Source: Pseudomonadota bacterium (GTDB lineage Bacteria; Pseudomonadota; Alphaproteobacteria; Rhodobacterales; Rhodobacteraceae). Taken from it: DNA of 64,000 nt. Under the pieces are notes generated by a model, which worked only from the letters and a program-made list of their open reading frames with translations, searched no databases and was not told where the DNA came from. Positions 18,688-27,425 of this stretch are shown piece by piece; within the stretch, counting starts at the first letter, position 1; every line of letters begins with the position of its first letter. The stretch covers positions 31,875 through 95,874 of the forward strand of contig JBCBBB010000002.1 of the NCBI GenBank assembly GCA_038532095.1, written 5' to 3'. A program made the position numbers and the translations under genes.

Positions 18688-19733
18688 TGAGCTTCTCCGG
18701 GTAATGGTACACGTGAGACCGTGTAGCCGCTTTCGCGCAGGAGTGCGACCAACCCGCCGTTTCCAGGGAGATGTGCGGCACCTACCGCGATGAAAACATC
18801 CCCCTGTTCAAGCTCCGGTTTCAAGCGTTCCAGAAAACGCTGGTTCCGCAGGTCGAGCAGATAGGCGTCTATTTTGGCCAGCGCGGCGGCGCCGCTTTCA
18901 CCGGCGACTTCGGCCACATGTGCGGCATCCCACGCGGCCAACAGTCCAAGCCGCCCTTCCAGATAGAGCTGAAACGCGGCAACACGGGCGTCAGGTGTTT
19001 CCGGCGGTTCCAGGTAGCTGGCATAGACCGCGATGATGGCTTGCGCGGTATCTTCATTGTCCGTCAGGTCACTTAAGAACTGGCCGGGCTCTTCAAGGCC
19101 GATGATCTCGGCCCCGGCAATGTGACCAAGCGTGTGAATATAGTCGTCCTGAACCGGGATGGTGCCGCTGTTTAGGTCTTCGCACGGGTCCGAAAGCAAA
19201 ATCTCGGCCAAACCTGCATAAGTCAGTACGTATAACGCATCGTCGAAGGTTCCGTAGTCGTACAGGCGATCGTAAATCCAGCCCTCCGCTCCGGGGCCGA
19301 TAAAGCCAAGGTCGAGCGGGTCGAGCCCGGCAAATGGATCGCTGGCATCGCGATAGCGGCCCGGCAAGTCATATTGCATCAGAAAGCTGTTGCGGTCCGG
19401 AAAGGTGAAGTCGATTTCAAGTGCGACGGCTCGCGCTGTACTGATCTGCTGCACCACGGCATCCGGCAGGTCGAGTATCTCGGGAGCGGAGACATGGAAC
19501 GTCCCCCAAAGATGCGATGTTGCGCCATCCGGGGCTACTACCTGCCAAAAGCGGCCACGTCTGTTCGGAATTTGGGCCGCAACCTCTTCCAGTCTAGACA
19601 GATCATGGGGGGCGAAGTCACTGGGCGAAACGGCGCGGGGTGGCGCTTCGCAATAGGCGCGGGTGGCCCATTCCTGTGCCGCCGCACTGACGGGTGTCAG
19701 AGCGAGGCCGCAAACGAGGGCGGTGCGCCACAT
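18684..19733 (-). CDS. TraB/GumN family protein with signal peptide
   Basis: Signal peptide [20 protein letters not shown], then HLWGTFHV (GT.H motif)...ALE.D... and ...[11 protein letters not shown]. The stop overlaps the recR start by 4 nt. Confidence 0.8.
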   Translation of the reverse strand: MWRTALVCGLALTPVSAAAQEWATRAYCEAPPRAVSPSDFAPHDLSRLEEVAAQIPNRRGRFWQVVAPDGATSHLWGTFHVSAPEILDLPDAVVQQISTARAVALEIDFTFPDRNSFLMQYDLPGRYRDASDPFAGLDPLDLGFIGPGAEGWIYDRLYDYGTFDDALYVLTYAGLAEILLSDPCEDLNSGTIPVQDDYIHTLGHIAGAEIIGLEEPGQFLSDLTDNEDTAQAIIAVYASYLEPPETPDARVAAFQLYLEGRLGLLAAWDAAHVAEVAGESGAAALAKIDAYLLDLRNQRFLERLKPELEQGDVFIAVGAAHLPGNGGLVALLRESGYTVSRVPLPGEAQ

Positions 19734-19739
19734 GCGCGG

Positions 19740-20084
19740 TCAGAACGGTAGTTTCATATCGGCCGGAAGGCCCATTTCCTCGGTGATTTTGCGCATCTCG
19801 TCCTGGTTCTTTTCAGCGGCCTTTGACTGCGCGTCCTTGATCGCGGCAAGGATCAGGTCTTCGACCACTTCCTTTTCATCGGGGTTGAAGATGGACGGGT
19901 CGATGTCGAGGCCGACGAGTTCGCCTTTTGCTGTGGAGGTGGCCTTTACCAATCCGGCGCCGCTTTCACCGATGACGGTTATCCGACCCAGTTCTTCTTG
20001 CAGCTCCACCATTTTGGTCTGCATTTCCTGGGCGGCTTTCATCATCTTGCCCATGTCGGCCAGTCCGCCAAGTCCCTTAAGCAT
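19740..20084 (-). CDS. ybaB: YbaB/EbfC nucleoid-associated protein
   Basis: LGGLADMGKMMKAAQEMQ.KM.E.QEEL......G.SG.GLVK........L....IDPS, 114 aa, downstream of dnaX. Confidence 0.95.
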   Translation of the reverse strand: MLKGLGGLADMGKMMKAAQEMQTKMVELQEELGRITVIGESGAGLVKATSTAKGELVGLDIDPSIFNPDEKEVVEDLILAAIKDAQSKAAEKNQDEMRKITEEMGLPADMKLPF

Positions 20085-20186
20085 CGTGCTCTCCTCTGCG
20101 CGTATTCTCTTCTAGATACGGAGCGCAGCGCCGTGCGGCAAGCGGTGAGGTCGCGTATTTTTCACAAGATCAAAGCGGATAGACGC

Positions 20187-21932
20187 TCACTCGTCCTCGA
20201 ACGGGTCCCATTCGTCTTCAACCTCATCCAGAGAGGCTTCGGTGATTTTGGATGCAAGGGCGCTGGCGGACTGCAAAGGTCCGATCTTTGCGTCTGGGAA
20301 GGCGGCGAGGATGGCCGCGACTGTCGGATCGTTTTGTGCCTCACTCCGCAGGTCTTCGACCTCCGCCTCTTCGGCTTCACGAAGCGTGGGTTCGCCCCCC
20401 TCTGCCGTGACGGATACCACCCAGCGCACGCCCGTCCAGCTTTGCAAGCGCTGGCCAAGGCGCTGGGCCAGGTCTGCGGGCGCCTTGGGTGAGGGTTCGA
20501 ACTCGATCCGACCGGGTTGGTAGGACACAAGGCGTACGCCGCTCATCACCTGTTCTTTCAGAAGCTGGTCGCGATTGGCAGCAATGAGGTCGATGACACG
20601 CTGGAAGGTCGGGAAACGCGCCAGTGCGTTTTCCGGGGCGTCGGCGAGGGCCGCCTGCGGGCCGCCTGACTGCGTGGGCTTGGCGGCGGCGCGGTCGGCG
20701 ACCGCCTGCGCCCCGGCGCTTGCGGCTTGAGAGGGTGCGCTGCCTTGCGACGGTGGGGGCGGAGGCGTTGCGTCTTTCAGCTTCGCCACCAGGTCACCCG
20801 GTGTGGGCAGGTCGGCGACATGCGTCATGCGGATGACGGCCATTTCTGCGGCCATCATGGCGTTGGGTGCATGGGCCACTTCTTCGAGAGCTTTCAGTCC
20901 CATCTGCCACATGCGGGTCAGGACGGGCATCGCCAGTTTTTCTGCCATGCCCTGACCGCGCGCGCGTTCATCCGGGCTGACGGTTGGATCATCGGCGGCC
21001 TCAGGCGTGATCCGGATTACGCTGATCCAGTGGGTGATTTCTGCGATATCGCGGAGAATGGCGAGCGGATCGGCGCCATCGGCGTACTGCGCTCCGAGTT
21101 CCGAAAGCGCCGCAGCGGCGTCGCCGGTGACGATGTGTTCGAAGAGGTCCATGACCCTGCCACGGTCAGCGAGCCCGAGCATGGCGCGAACCTGTTCGAC
21201 CGTGGTTTCTCCCGCGCCGTGGCTGATGGCCTGATCGAGCAGCGACTGGGCATCGCGCGCCGAGCCTTCGGCGGCACGGGTGATCAAAGCCAGGGCATCT
21301 TCGGCGATGTTGGCCCCTTCAGCATCGGCGATGCGACGCAACATGGCGATCATGTCTTCGGGCTCGATCCGACGTAGATCGAAGCGCTGACAGCGTGACA
21401 GAACAGTTACGGGGACTTTGCGGATCTCGGTCGTGGCGAAGATGAACTTCACATGGGCGGGGGGTTCCTCCAGCGTTTTCAGAAGCGCGTTGAACGCGCT
21501 GGTCGAGAGCATGTGCACTTCGTCAATGATGTAGATCTTGTAGCGCGCCGAGGCCGCGCGATAGTGCACGCTGTCGATGATCTCGCGGATGTCGTTCACA
21601 CCGGTCCGCGAAGCTGCGTCCATCTCCAGCACATCAACATGCTGGCCTTTGGCGATCGCGACACAGTGTTCGCAGACCCCGCAGGGCTCCGTCGTAGGCC
21701 CACCGTTTCCATCTGGCCCGATGCAGTTCATGCCCTTGGCGATGATCCGCGCGGTGGTGGTTTTCCCGGTGCCGCGGATGCCGGTCATGATGAACGCCTG
21801 TGCAATACGGTCGGCGGCAAACGCGTTCTTCAGCGTCCGCACCATGGCGTCTTGCCCAACAAGATCGGCAAAGGTTTCCGGCCGGTACTTGCGGGCCAGA
21901 ACCTGATAGGTTTTTTCTTCGGTGTCGCTCAT
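20187..21932 (-). CDS. dnaX: DNA polymerase III subunit gamma/tau
   Basis: YQVLARKYRP..F.DL.GQ......L.NA......A.AF...G.RG.GKTT.ARI.AK..NC and ...KIYIIDEVHMLS..AFNALLKTLEEPP.HV.FIFATTE, 581 aa. Confidence 0.97.
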   Translation of the reverse strand: MSDTEEKTYQVLARKYRPETFADLVGQDAMVRTLKNAFAADRIAQAFIMTGIRGTGKTTTARIIAKGMNCIGPDGNGGPTTEPCGVCEHCVAIAKGQHVDVLEMDAASRTGVNDIREIIDSVHYRAASARYKIYIIDEVHMLSTSAFNALLKTLEEPPAHVKFIFATTEIRKVPVTVLSRCQRFDLRRIEPEDMIAMLRRIADAEGANIAEDALALITRAAEGSARDAQSLLDQAISHGAGETTVEQVRAMLGLADRGRVMDLFEHIVTGDAAAALSELGAQYADGADPLAILRDIAEITHWISVIRITPEAADDPTVSPDERARGQGMAEKLAMPVLTRMWQMGLKALEEVAHAPNAMMAAEMAVIRMTHVADLPTPGDLVAKLKDATPPPPPSQGSAPSQAASAGAQAVADRAAAKPTQSGGPQAALADAPENALARFPTFQRVIDLIAANRDQLLKEQVMSGVRLVSYQPGRIEFEPSPKAPADLAQRLGQRLQSWTGVRWVVSVTAEGGEPTLREAEEAEVEDLRSEAQNDPTVAAILAAFPDAKIGPLQSASALASKITEASLDEVEDEWDPFEDE

Positions 21933-21993
21933 GGGCCTCGGCGGAATCGTGACCCGCCGAGGTTAGACCGTTGGGGGAACAGGGTCCACCGGA

Positions 21994-22230
21994 TCAGGCG
22001 TTCAGGTACCGGTAGATTTCGTCTTTCAGTGCGGCGCGCTGCTTGCGAAGATCGACCTGCGCCAGATCTTCCATGGGTTCGATGTTCGTTTCGGCCCGGT
22101 GCACGGCGCGGTTTAATTCGTGGTAGTCGTCGAAAAGCTTGGCGAAATGATTGTCGTTGGCCTTCAAATCTGACATCTTTTCAGTGTGTTCCGGAAATTC
22201 TTCAATGAGCTCATGTGGCGTGTTGCCCAT
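21994..22230 (-). CDS. DUF465 (YdcH-like) small protein
   Basis: 78 aa. L...D.HFAKLFDDYHELN..VHR.E.......D.....LRK.R..LKDEIY..L. Confidence 0.8.
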   Translation of the reverse strand: MGNTPHELIEEFPEHTEKMSDLKANDNHFAKLFDDYHELNRAVHRAETNIEPMEDLAQVDLRKQRAALKDEIYRYLNA

Positions 22231-22481
22231 GGGATCCTCCTGCTGTTTTGCTCAGCTTCCTTGAGTCGTCAGTGACATGCCATGATCTGCATCAAATTCC
22301 TGAGGTACTTTGGCTTGATTTTAAGCTTGATGTACGCGTAGCGTTGAGGTGCCGTTCGGGTCGGCATCCTGGTTCGCGGAAAGCTGAGCACAGCACCCCG
22401 ATTTAAGCGAAAGACACCATACTCGGTGTTTCTCATGCCCGTTTCAGCGAACCGTCGGGCCATGGAATGAGGAGCCCGACG

Positions 22482-24011
22482 ATGACCCCCTTGGACCAAT
22501 TGAGACGTGACGCGAAGTCACTGAGAAAAGCGCTAGGCCGTGGTGAGGCGCGTGCCCGCCAGAGGGTGGAAAGCCACCTGAGTGGCCGCGATCCCGAGGC
22601 GCTGAAACATGCGGATTTTCTACATGTGATTGCGCGGGAGCATGGGTTCGGCTCCTGGCCCCGGCTGGTCTTTGCTGTTGAGACACATGGGATGGACCGT
22701 GCAGCCAAGCGTCAGCGCCTGATGGTCGCGTTGCATCACGGCCAAACATGGCGTGTCGAACAGCTTCTTGAGGAAACACCTGACCTGGCGGCGGGGGATG
22801 TGCATCTTGCCTGTGCACTCTACGATCTAAAGACGGTTGCGGCCCTTTTAAAGGAAGACGCGGCGCGTGCGGTTGAGGTGGTCTCGGACCGCAGCCCGAT
22901 CTTGTGGCTGGCGGGGTCGCGCTGGTGTCATGCGCGGCCGGACTTGAAAGGTGCGATGCTCGCCATTGCCGACCTTCTTTTGGCTCATGGTGCCGATGTT
23001 AACGATGGCATTCCCATGGAAGATGGGCACAAGCTGACGGCTCTTTACCTGGCCATCGGCGCGTCGAATAATATGCCGCTGGGAGAGTGGCTTTTGACGC
23101 ATGGCGCTGATCCGAACGACTATGAGTCGCTCTATCACGCGACCGAATTGGGACATCATGACGGATTGAAACTGTTGTTGCGCCACGGCGCGAAGCCCGC
23201 GGGAACGAATGCCATGCTGCGCGCCATGGACTTCGATGATGTGGGTGCCGTGAGGCTGTTGCTGGATGCCGGGGCGGACCCCAATGAGTTCAACGCGGGT
23301 CCAGTCGGTGGGGAGCTTCCTTGGGTTTGGCCGGCCATGCATCAAGCGGCGCGGCGCATGTGTTTGGAAGAAATGGCAGAGCTTCTGCTGGGCGCTGGTG
23401 GCGATCCGACGCGCGTCCACGAGGGCATGACGGCATATGCCCTGGCCCGCACTTACGGGAACAGAGCGGTGGCCAAGGCGATTGAAATGCGCGGTCTGGC
23501 GACCGTCTTGTCACCGGTGGAGCAGTGCCTGGCCAAGATTGCTGATGACGAGCCCGCACTCTTCGCGTTGGCGCAGGAGGATTTGCCGCCTGCGGTGGCC
23601 GATCTTGTCCGCTCGATCCTGCATCTTCCGGGCAAGCTTGCTCATGTCCAGCGTCTGATTGCAGCCGGTCTTCCATTTGACAAGCCCGACAGTGAGGGTT
23701 TGACACCTGTTCAGATCGCGGGGTGGGAAGGCCTACCAGATGTCATGGAGTACTTCTTGTCGCTCGGTCCCGATCTGACCCATGTGAACGGTTACGGTGG
23801 CACACTTTTGTCGACCATCCTGCACGGGTCCGAGAACAATCCAAGCCGTCAGGGTCGCGATTATGAGGCGTGTTTGCGGCTCGCACTCGAAGCCGGGGTG
23901 GACTTGCCGCGGCGCGCCATTCAATTTGCCGGTGTGCCTGAGTTGGCGGCCTTTCTGGCCGATTGGGCAGAGGCGAACCCGGATCAGGTGGTGGCACATG
24001 GGGTTGTCTGA
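22482..24011 (+). CDS. ankyrin-repeat protein (about 509 aa)
   Basis: Multiple ANK-like units (LLL.HGADVN, LL.HGADPN, LLLRHGAKP, LLLDAGADPN, LLLGAGGDP, G.TP.QIA...G...V..Y.LSLGPD). The ATG at 22482 is preceded by GAGGAG; the track start at 22467 is also possible. Confidence 0.85.
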   Translation: MTPLDQLRRDAKSLRKALGRGEARARQRVESHLSGRDPEALKHADFLHVIAREHGFGSWPRLVFAVETHGMDRAAKRQRLMVALHHGQTWRVEQLLEETPDLAAGDVHLACALYDLKTVAALLKEDAARAVEVVSDRSPILWLAGSRWCHARPDLKGAMLAIADLLLAHGADVNDGIPMEDGHKLTALYLAIGASNNMPLGEWLLTHGADPNDYESLYHATELGHHDGLKLLLRHGAKPAGTNAMLRAMDFDDVGAVRLLLDAGADPNEFNAGPVGGELPWVWPAMHQAARRMCLEEMAELLLGAGGDPTRVHEGMTAYALARTYGNRAVAKAIEMRGLATVLSPVEQCLAKIADDEPALFALAQEDLPPAVADLVRSILHLPGKLAHVQRLIAAGLPFDKPDSEGLTPVQIAGWEGLPDVMEYFLSLGPDLTHVNGYGGTLLSTILHGSENNPSRQGRDYEACLRLALEAGVDLPRRAIQFAGVPELAAFLADWAEANPDQVVAHGVV

Positions 24012-24513
24012 TTATCGCATTGCGGAACTGCCCTGCAAAGGTGGCTGGCTTGGCATAGGTCCAATGCCGGGGCGATCAGGTTCTTATGACGCCGATCTGT
24101 CCGCAATTCTGAAATGGGGCGCTGATCTGGTGCTGACGATGACCACGGAAGGCGAGTTGGAACGCAGCGGGGCGGAGGACTTTGGTCAAGACCTAAGTGC
24201 GGCCGCTGTCGCTTGGCGGCATCTTCCGATTGCTGATTTCGGCGCGCCCTCTGCCGAGACCAGCGCGCTTTGGCTGGTCGCATCGAAGGAGGCGCATGCC
24301 ATCCTGAAAGCCGGAGGTCGCGTCTTCGCGCATTGCTATGGCGGGTGCGGGCGGTCCGGCATGGCGCTTATGCGCTTGATGGTGGAAGCGGGAGAGGACG
24401 CTGATCCAGCTTTGGCAAGATTGCGGGATGTGCGGCCCTGTGCAGTGGAAACCGAGGCGCAGAAGGCATGGGCCGCAATTCCCATGTACGAACGGAACGG
24501 GTGGTCCCCATGA
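23998..24513 (+). CDS. Cys-based (dual-specificity/PTP-like) protein phosphatase, 171 aa
   Basis: P-loop HCYGGCGRSG (HC-X5-R-S) with an upstream acidic loop LPIADFGAP. The ATG at 23998 lies 14 nt inside the ankyrin ORF. Confidence 0.8.
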   Translation: MGLSDYRIAELPCKGGWLGIGPMPGRSGSYDADLSAILKWGADLVLTMTTEGELERSGAEDFGQDLSAAAVAWRHLPIADFGAPSAETSALWLVASKEAHAILKAGGRVFAHCYGGCGRSGMALMRLMVEAGEDADPALARLRDVRPCAVETEAQKAWAAIPMYERNGWSP

Positions 24514-24839
24514 ACGGCCCGGGCGACGGTGCACGCTTTCTTCTGACGGCGCTGCTGGCGTTCTGGGTCATGGCCTATGCTTACTCGCTGACCGATTTTC
24601 CGAGCTTGGCAGACGTGAGAGGGGCCGAGGGCTCAGGGCCCGATTTTGCGTCGGCCCTTCACTTCCTGGGGTGGCAAGGCATTGCGGGGATACTTGCGTT
24701 CAGTGTCTACGGCGTATCCCGGCTGTGGCCCCGTGGGGCAGCAGCGCGGCAGTTGGGAAACTTGCCTCTTGCATTGGCGTTCCTGCTTATCGCCGTCGTT
24801 GCGGCATTACTCTTCGCGGATGAAATAGGGACGCGTTAG
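24510..24839 (+). CDS. hypothetical 3-TM membrane protein, 109 aa
   Basis: An ATGA overlap with the phosphatase stop (24510-24513). Three hydrophobic segments. The ORF ends 1-2 nt from the 3' end of ffs. Confidence 0.6.
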   Translation: MNGPGDGARFLLTALLAFWVMAYAYSLTDFPSLADVRGAEGSGPDFASALHFLGWQGIAGILAFSVYGVSRLWPRGAAARQLGNLPLALAFLLIAVVAALLFADEIGTR

Positions 24840-24840
24840 C

Positions 24841-24943
24841 GGTGAGAGGCTGGACAACGACCCAAGCGGGGCTCGTTACGGCTGCTTCCTTCCGGACCTG
24901 ACCGGGTTGGCGAGGTGCTTGCCCGCGCCAACCTCTCATCGGT
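24841..24943 (-). ncRNA. ffs: signal recognition particle RNA (4.5S-type SRP RNA); ends approximate
   Basis: The minus strand reads ..GAGAGGUUGGCGCGGGCAAGCACCUCGCCAACCCGGUCAGGUCCGGAAGGAAGCAGCCGUAACGAGCCCCGCUUGGGUCGUUGUCCAGCCUCUC... It contains the universally conserved domain IV GGUCAGGUCCGGAAGGAAGCAGCC, and the termini pair (GAGAGGUUGG with CCAGCCUCUC). Confidence 0.9.
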
Positions 24944-25031
24944 GTAGGTAGTGGGATCGCGTTCTTTTTGCAAGGGAACGAAACTTACCAGATCTTAAAG
25001 CTCAGAGACTAAGACGAGGCCGTGAGAAAAG

Positions 25032-27425
25032 GTGGCCTTATTGAGTCTGCGTTACCACTTCATTGTGCTGTTTTTCGTGCTGGCGCTGACGCCGGTCCTG
25101 TTGTTCCGCGCGTGGCCACATTCCGAACTCCTTGAGCGGGAGATAACGGATGTTAACGAACGGCACCTAATTCTGGCACAGAATCTGGCGGCGTCTTTGG
25201 ACCGCTATGCCGAGGAATTGACCTCCACCATCGGTTTGCTGGCACGAAACCGCGATATCTGGCGTCGGTCCGCGCCTTTGGGCGAGGTCTTGAAAACTCT
25301 TGGTATTCAGAACCTTTGCATCGTGGACAGAACAACCAAACGCCTGGTCAGCGGCCTGTCCCGCCGTGGAACACCTTGTCCAGAGGAGTTTACGGATCGT
25401 TCGCTTTCGGTGTTCTCAACCGGCGCCAACACTGAAACCGTTGAGTTTGGCGAAGTGAGAGCGGGCCGAAACGGCCAGAACATCATGCCGATCATACTGC
25501 CATTGTCGGCGGATCAGGTTGTTGTCGCCTCGATCGGAACCGATCATTTCGTCGAGCTTGGGAACTCCATTTCCTTCGGGCTGTGTGGCCACGCGGCCAT
25601 CTTTGATCGGCGCGGCAATGTTTTGGCGCATCCGCGCGCCGATTGGGTGGCGGCGCGTCGTAACATTTTCGGGGTATCCACAGTTCAGCGCGCGCTGCTT
25701 GGTGAAAGCGGTGTCGGTCTGTTTTACTCGCCAGCCCTTGAGACGGACATGGTTGCGGGCTTCGCGCCGATCCCGTCGACAGGTTGGGGGGTCATGGTTC
25801 CGCAACCGATTGAGGAGCTTGAAGCCAAGGTCGCGCGTGTCCGGCAATCGACTTTCTTTGTTTTGCTGATTGGCGTTGCCGGTGCCTTGGTCATGGCGCT
25901 GATGGCGTCTTACATCTCCATTCGGCAAATCGAAACTCTGACGGGGGTTGCCCGTCAGGTGGCCCGCGGTGAACTGGTCGTGCCCCCATCGTTGCGGTTT
26001 GGCGCCGTGCAATCGTTGGAAATGCGAGAGCTTTACAACTGCATGCGCCAGATGGTGACGCGCCTGCGCCAAAACCACGTGCGCATCAACAAACTCGCCT
26101 GTTTTGATACGATCACCGGCTTGCCCAATCGTGAATGCTTTCGACGACGGGTCGAAGCGTCCCTTGAACAAGCGGAGCCGGGCGGTAACGCAGCCCTGCT
26201 GTTCATCGATCTCGATGGGTTCAAAACCATAAATGATACGATGGGCCATGACGTGGGAGACCATGTGCTGGGCCAGGTTGGTGCGCGTTTGACCGAATTG
26301 CTGGATGTTGACGCGCTGGAACCGGATATGCCTGTCCTCTCGGGTTGTGGGACGGCGATCAGTATCGCCCGGCTTGGTGGGGACGAGTTTGCTTTGTTTT
26401 TGCCGGGGGCAGTCGTTTATCAGGCCGTTGAATTGGCGGAACGCATACGTTCGCAGATCGAAAGGCCTTTCATTCACGAGAGCAATGTTCTGACGCTGGG
26501 CGCGAGCATCGGGATTGCCTGCCTGCCTGACGATGCGATGGATTACTCTGGTCTTTTGAAAGCCGCCGACATCGCAATGTATACTGCGAAACATAGCGGC
26601 AAGAACGCCGTTCGCGTTTATGGCGCGTCACCTCCGGTTGTCCGCGCACGTCGGCACGACATGGCGGAAGACCTGTTCTCAAGCGATATTGCAGACCAGA
26701 TCCAAGTCTACTACCAGCCTGTTTTTGAAGCGTCTGACAGCTCGCCTTGTGCTGTCGAAGGGCTGATCCGATGGAACCATCCGAAATACGGGTTGCTGGC
26801 ACCAAGCGATTTCTTCCAACTGGTTGCGCAGCTTGGGTTGCAGCGACAAATCGATAACCTGGCGATCAATCAGGCGATCACTGCCTGGCGGCAAATGGCC
26901 GGGGACGCGTCGGTGCCAAGCCACTTGTCGCTGAACATCCCCGTTGAACGTTTGCAGGACGACGTGTTTGTCCAATCCGTGCTCGCGGTCCTTCCCTTGC
27001 CATTCACCCTGAGCTTCGAAGTGGTCGAAACCGTGCATGGTCACATTTCGATGGATCAGACGCACTGGGCCATAGACCGCCTGAGGGAGGCCGGCATCGA
27101 GTTCGAACTGGACGATTTCGGGTCGTCGCAAGCCTCGATCATGGCCATGCTGGCGTTGGCCCCGCACCGTATCAAGCTGGATCGTCGCCTCACCTGCGGC
27201 GTTTTGGAGAGCCCGGACATTGCGCGCATGGTCGCGTCATTGGTTGACATGGTGCATGCTATGGATGTCGAGGTGAGCGCCAAGGGCATCGAAAGCACAG
27301 AGCAGGCCAAGTGTCTGCGTGATTTGGGTGTCGATTACCTGCAAGGTTTTGCCCTGTCTCGTCCGCTTTCGGCGACCGAAGCGCGGCAGTATTTTGAAGG
27401 CAGGCCTGCCCATGTCGTCAGTTAG
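25032..27425 (+). CDS. membrane sensor protein: periplasmic Cache-like domain, HAMP-like linker, GGDEF, EAL
   Basis: GTG start. Two TM segments flank a ~250-aa extracytoplasmic region. The GGDEF domain has GLPNR..F...LLFIDLDGFK.IND..GH.VGD..L and RLGGDEFAL. The EAL domain has VEGLIRW, LSLNIP, FEVVET, ELDDFGSS, IKLDR, AKGIES, YLQGF. Confidence 0.92.
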   Translation: MALLSLRYHFIVLFFVLALTPVLLFRAWPHSELLEREITDVNERHLILAQNLAASLDRYAEELTSTIGLLARNRDIWRRSAPLGEVLKTLGIQNLCIVDRTTKRLVSGLSRRGTPCPEEFTDRSLSVFSTGANTETVEFGEVRAGRNGQNIMPIILPLSADQVVVASIGTDHFVELGNSISFGLCGHAAIFDRRGNVLAHPRADWVAARRNIFGVSTVQRALLGESGVGLFYSPALETDMVAGFAPIPSTGWGVMVPQPIEELEAKVARVRQSTFFVLLIGVAGALVMALMASYISIRQIETLTGVARQVARGELVVPPSLRFGAVQSLEMRELYNCMRQMVTRLRQNHVRINKLACFDTITGLPNRECFRRRVEASLEQAEPGGNAALLFIDLDGFKTINDTMGHDVGDHVLGQVGARLTELLDVDALEPDMPVLSGCGTAISIARLGGDEFALFLPGAVVYQAVELAERIRSQIERPFIHESNVLTLGASIGIACLPDDAMDYSGLLKAADIAMYTAKHSGKNAVRVYGASPPVVRARRHDMAEDLFSSDIADQIQVYYQPVFEASDSSPCAVEGLIRWNHPKYGLLAPSDFFQLVAQLGLQRQIDNLAINQAITAWRQMAGDASVPSHLSLNIPVERLQDDVFVQSVLAVLPLPFTLSFEVVETVHGHISMDQTHWAIDRLREAGIEFELDDFGSSQASIMAMLALAPHRIKLDRRLTCGVLESPDIARMVASLVDMVHAMDVEVSAKGIESTEQAKCLRDLGVDYLQGFALSRPLSATEARQYFEGRPAHVVS

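Noticed and set aside
20470-20500. GGTTCGAA-type strings here, and also near 37431 and 43015, that resemble tRNA T-arms.
   Set aside because: All lie inside well-supported protein-coding genes. They lack the flanking acceptor, D-arm and anticodon-arm complementarity. No tRNA gene could be assembled anywhere in the window.
20187-21932. I looked for a dnaX programmed -1 frameshift site (A AAA AAG type), as in E. coli tau/gamma.
   Set aside because: The only A-run on the coding strand (GAAGAAAAAACC, around 21905-21916) lies at codons 5-8, far from where a gamma-producing shift would occur. No slippery heptamer with a downstream hairpin was seen mid-gene.
21935-21961. A 9-bp hairpin, CCTCGGCGG..CCGCCGAGG, between the DUF465 gene and the dnaX start.
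   Set aside because: It could terminate the DUF465 transcript, but it lacks a U-tract and also lies in the dnaX 5' region. Its function is ambiguous, so it is not listed as a terminator.
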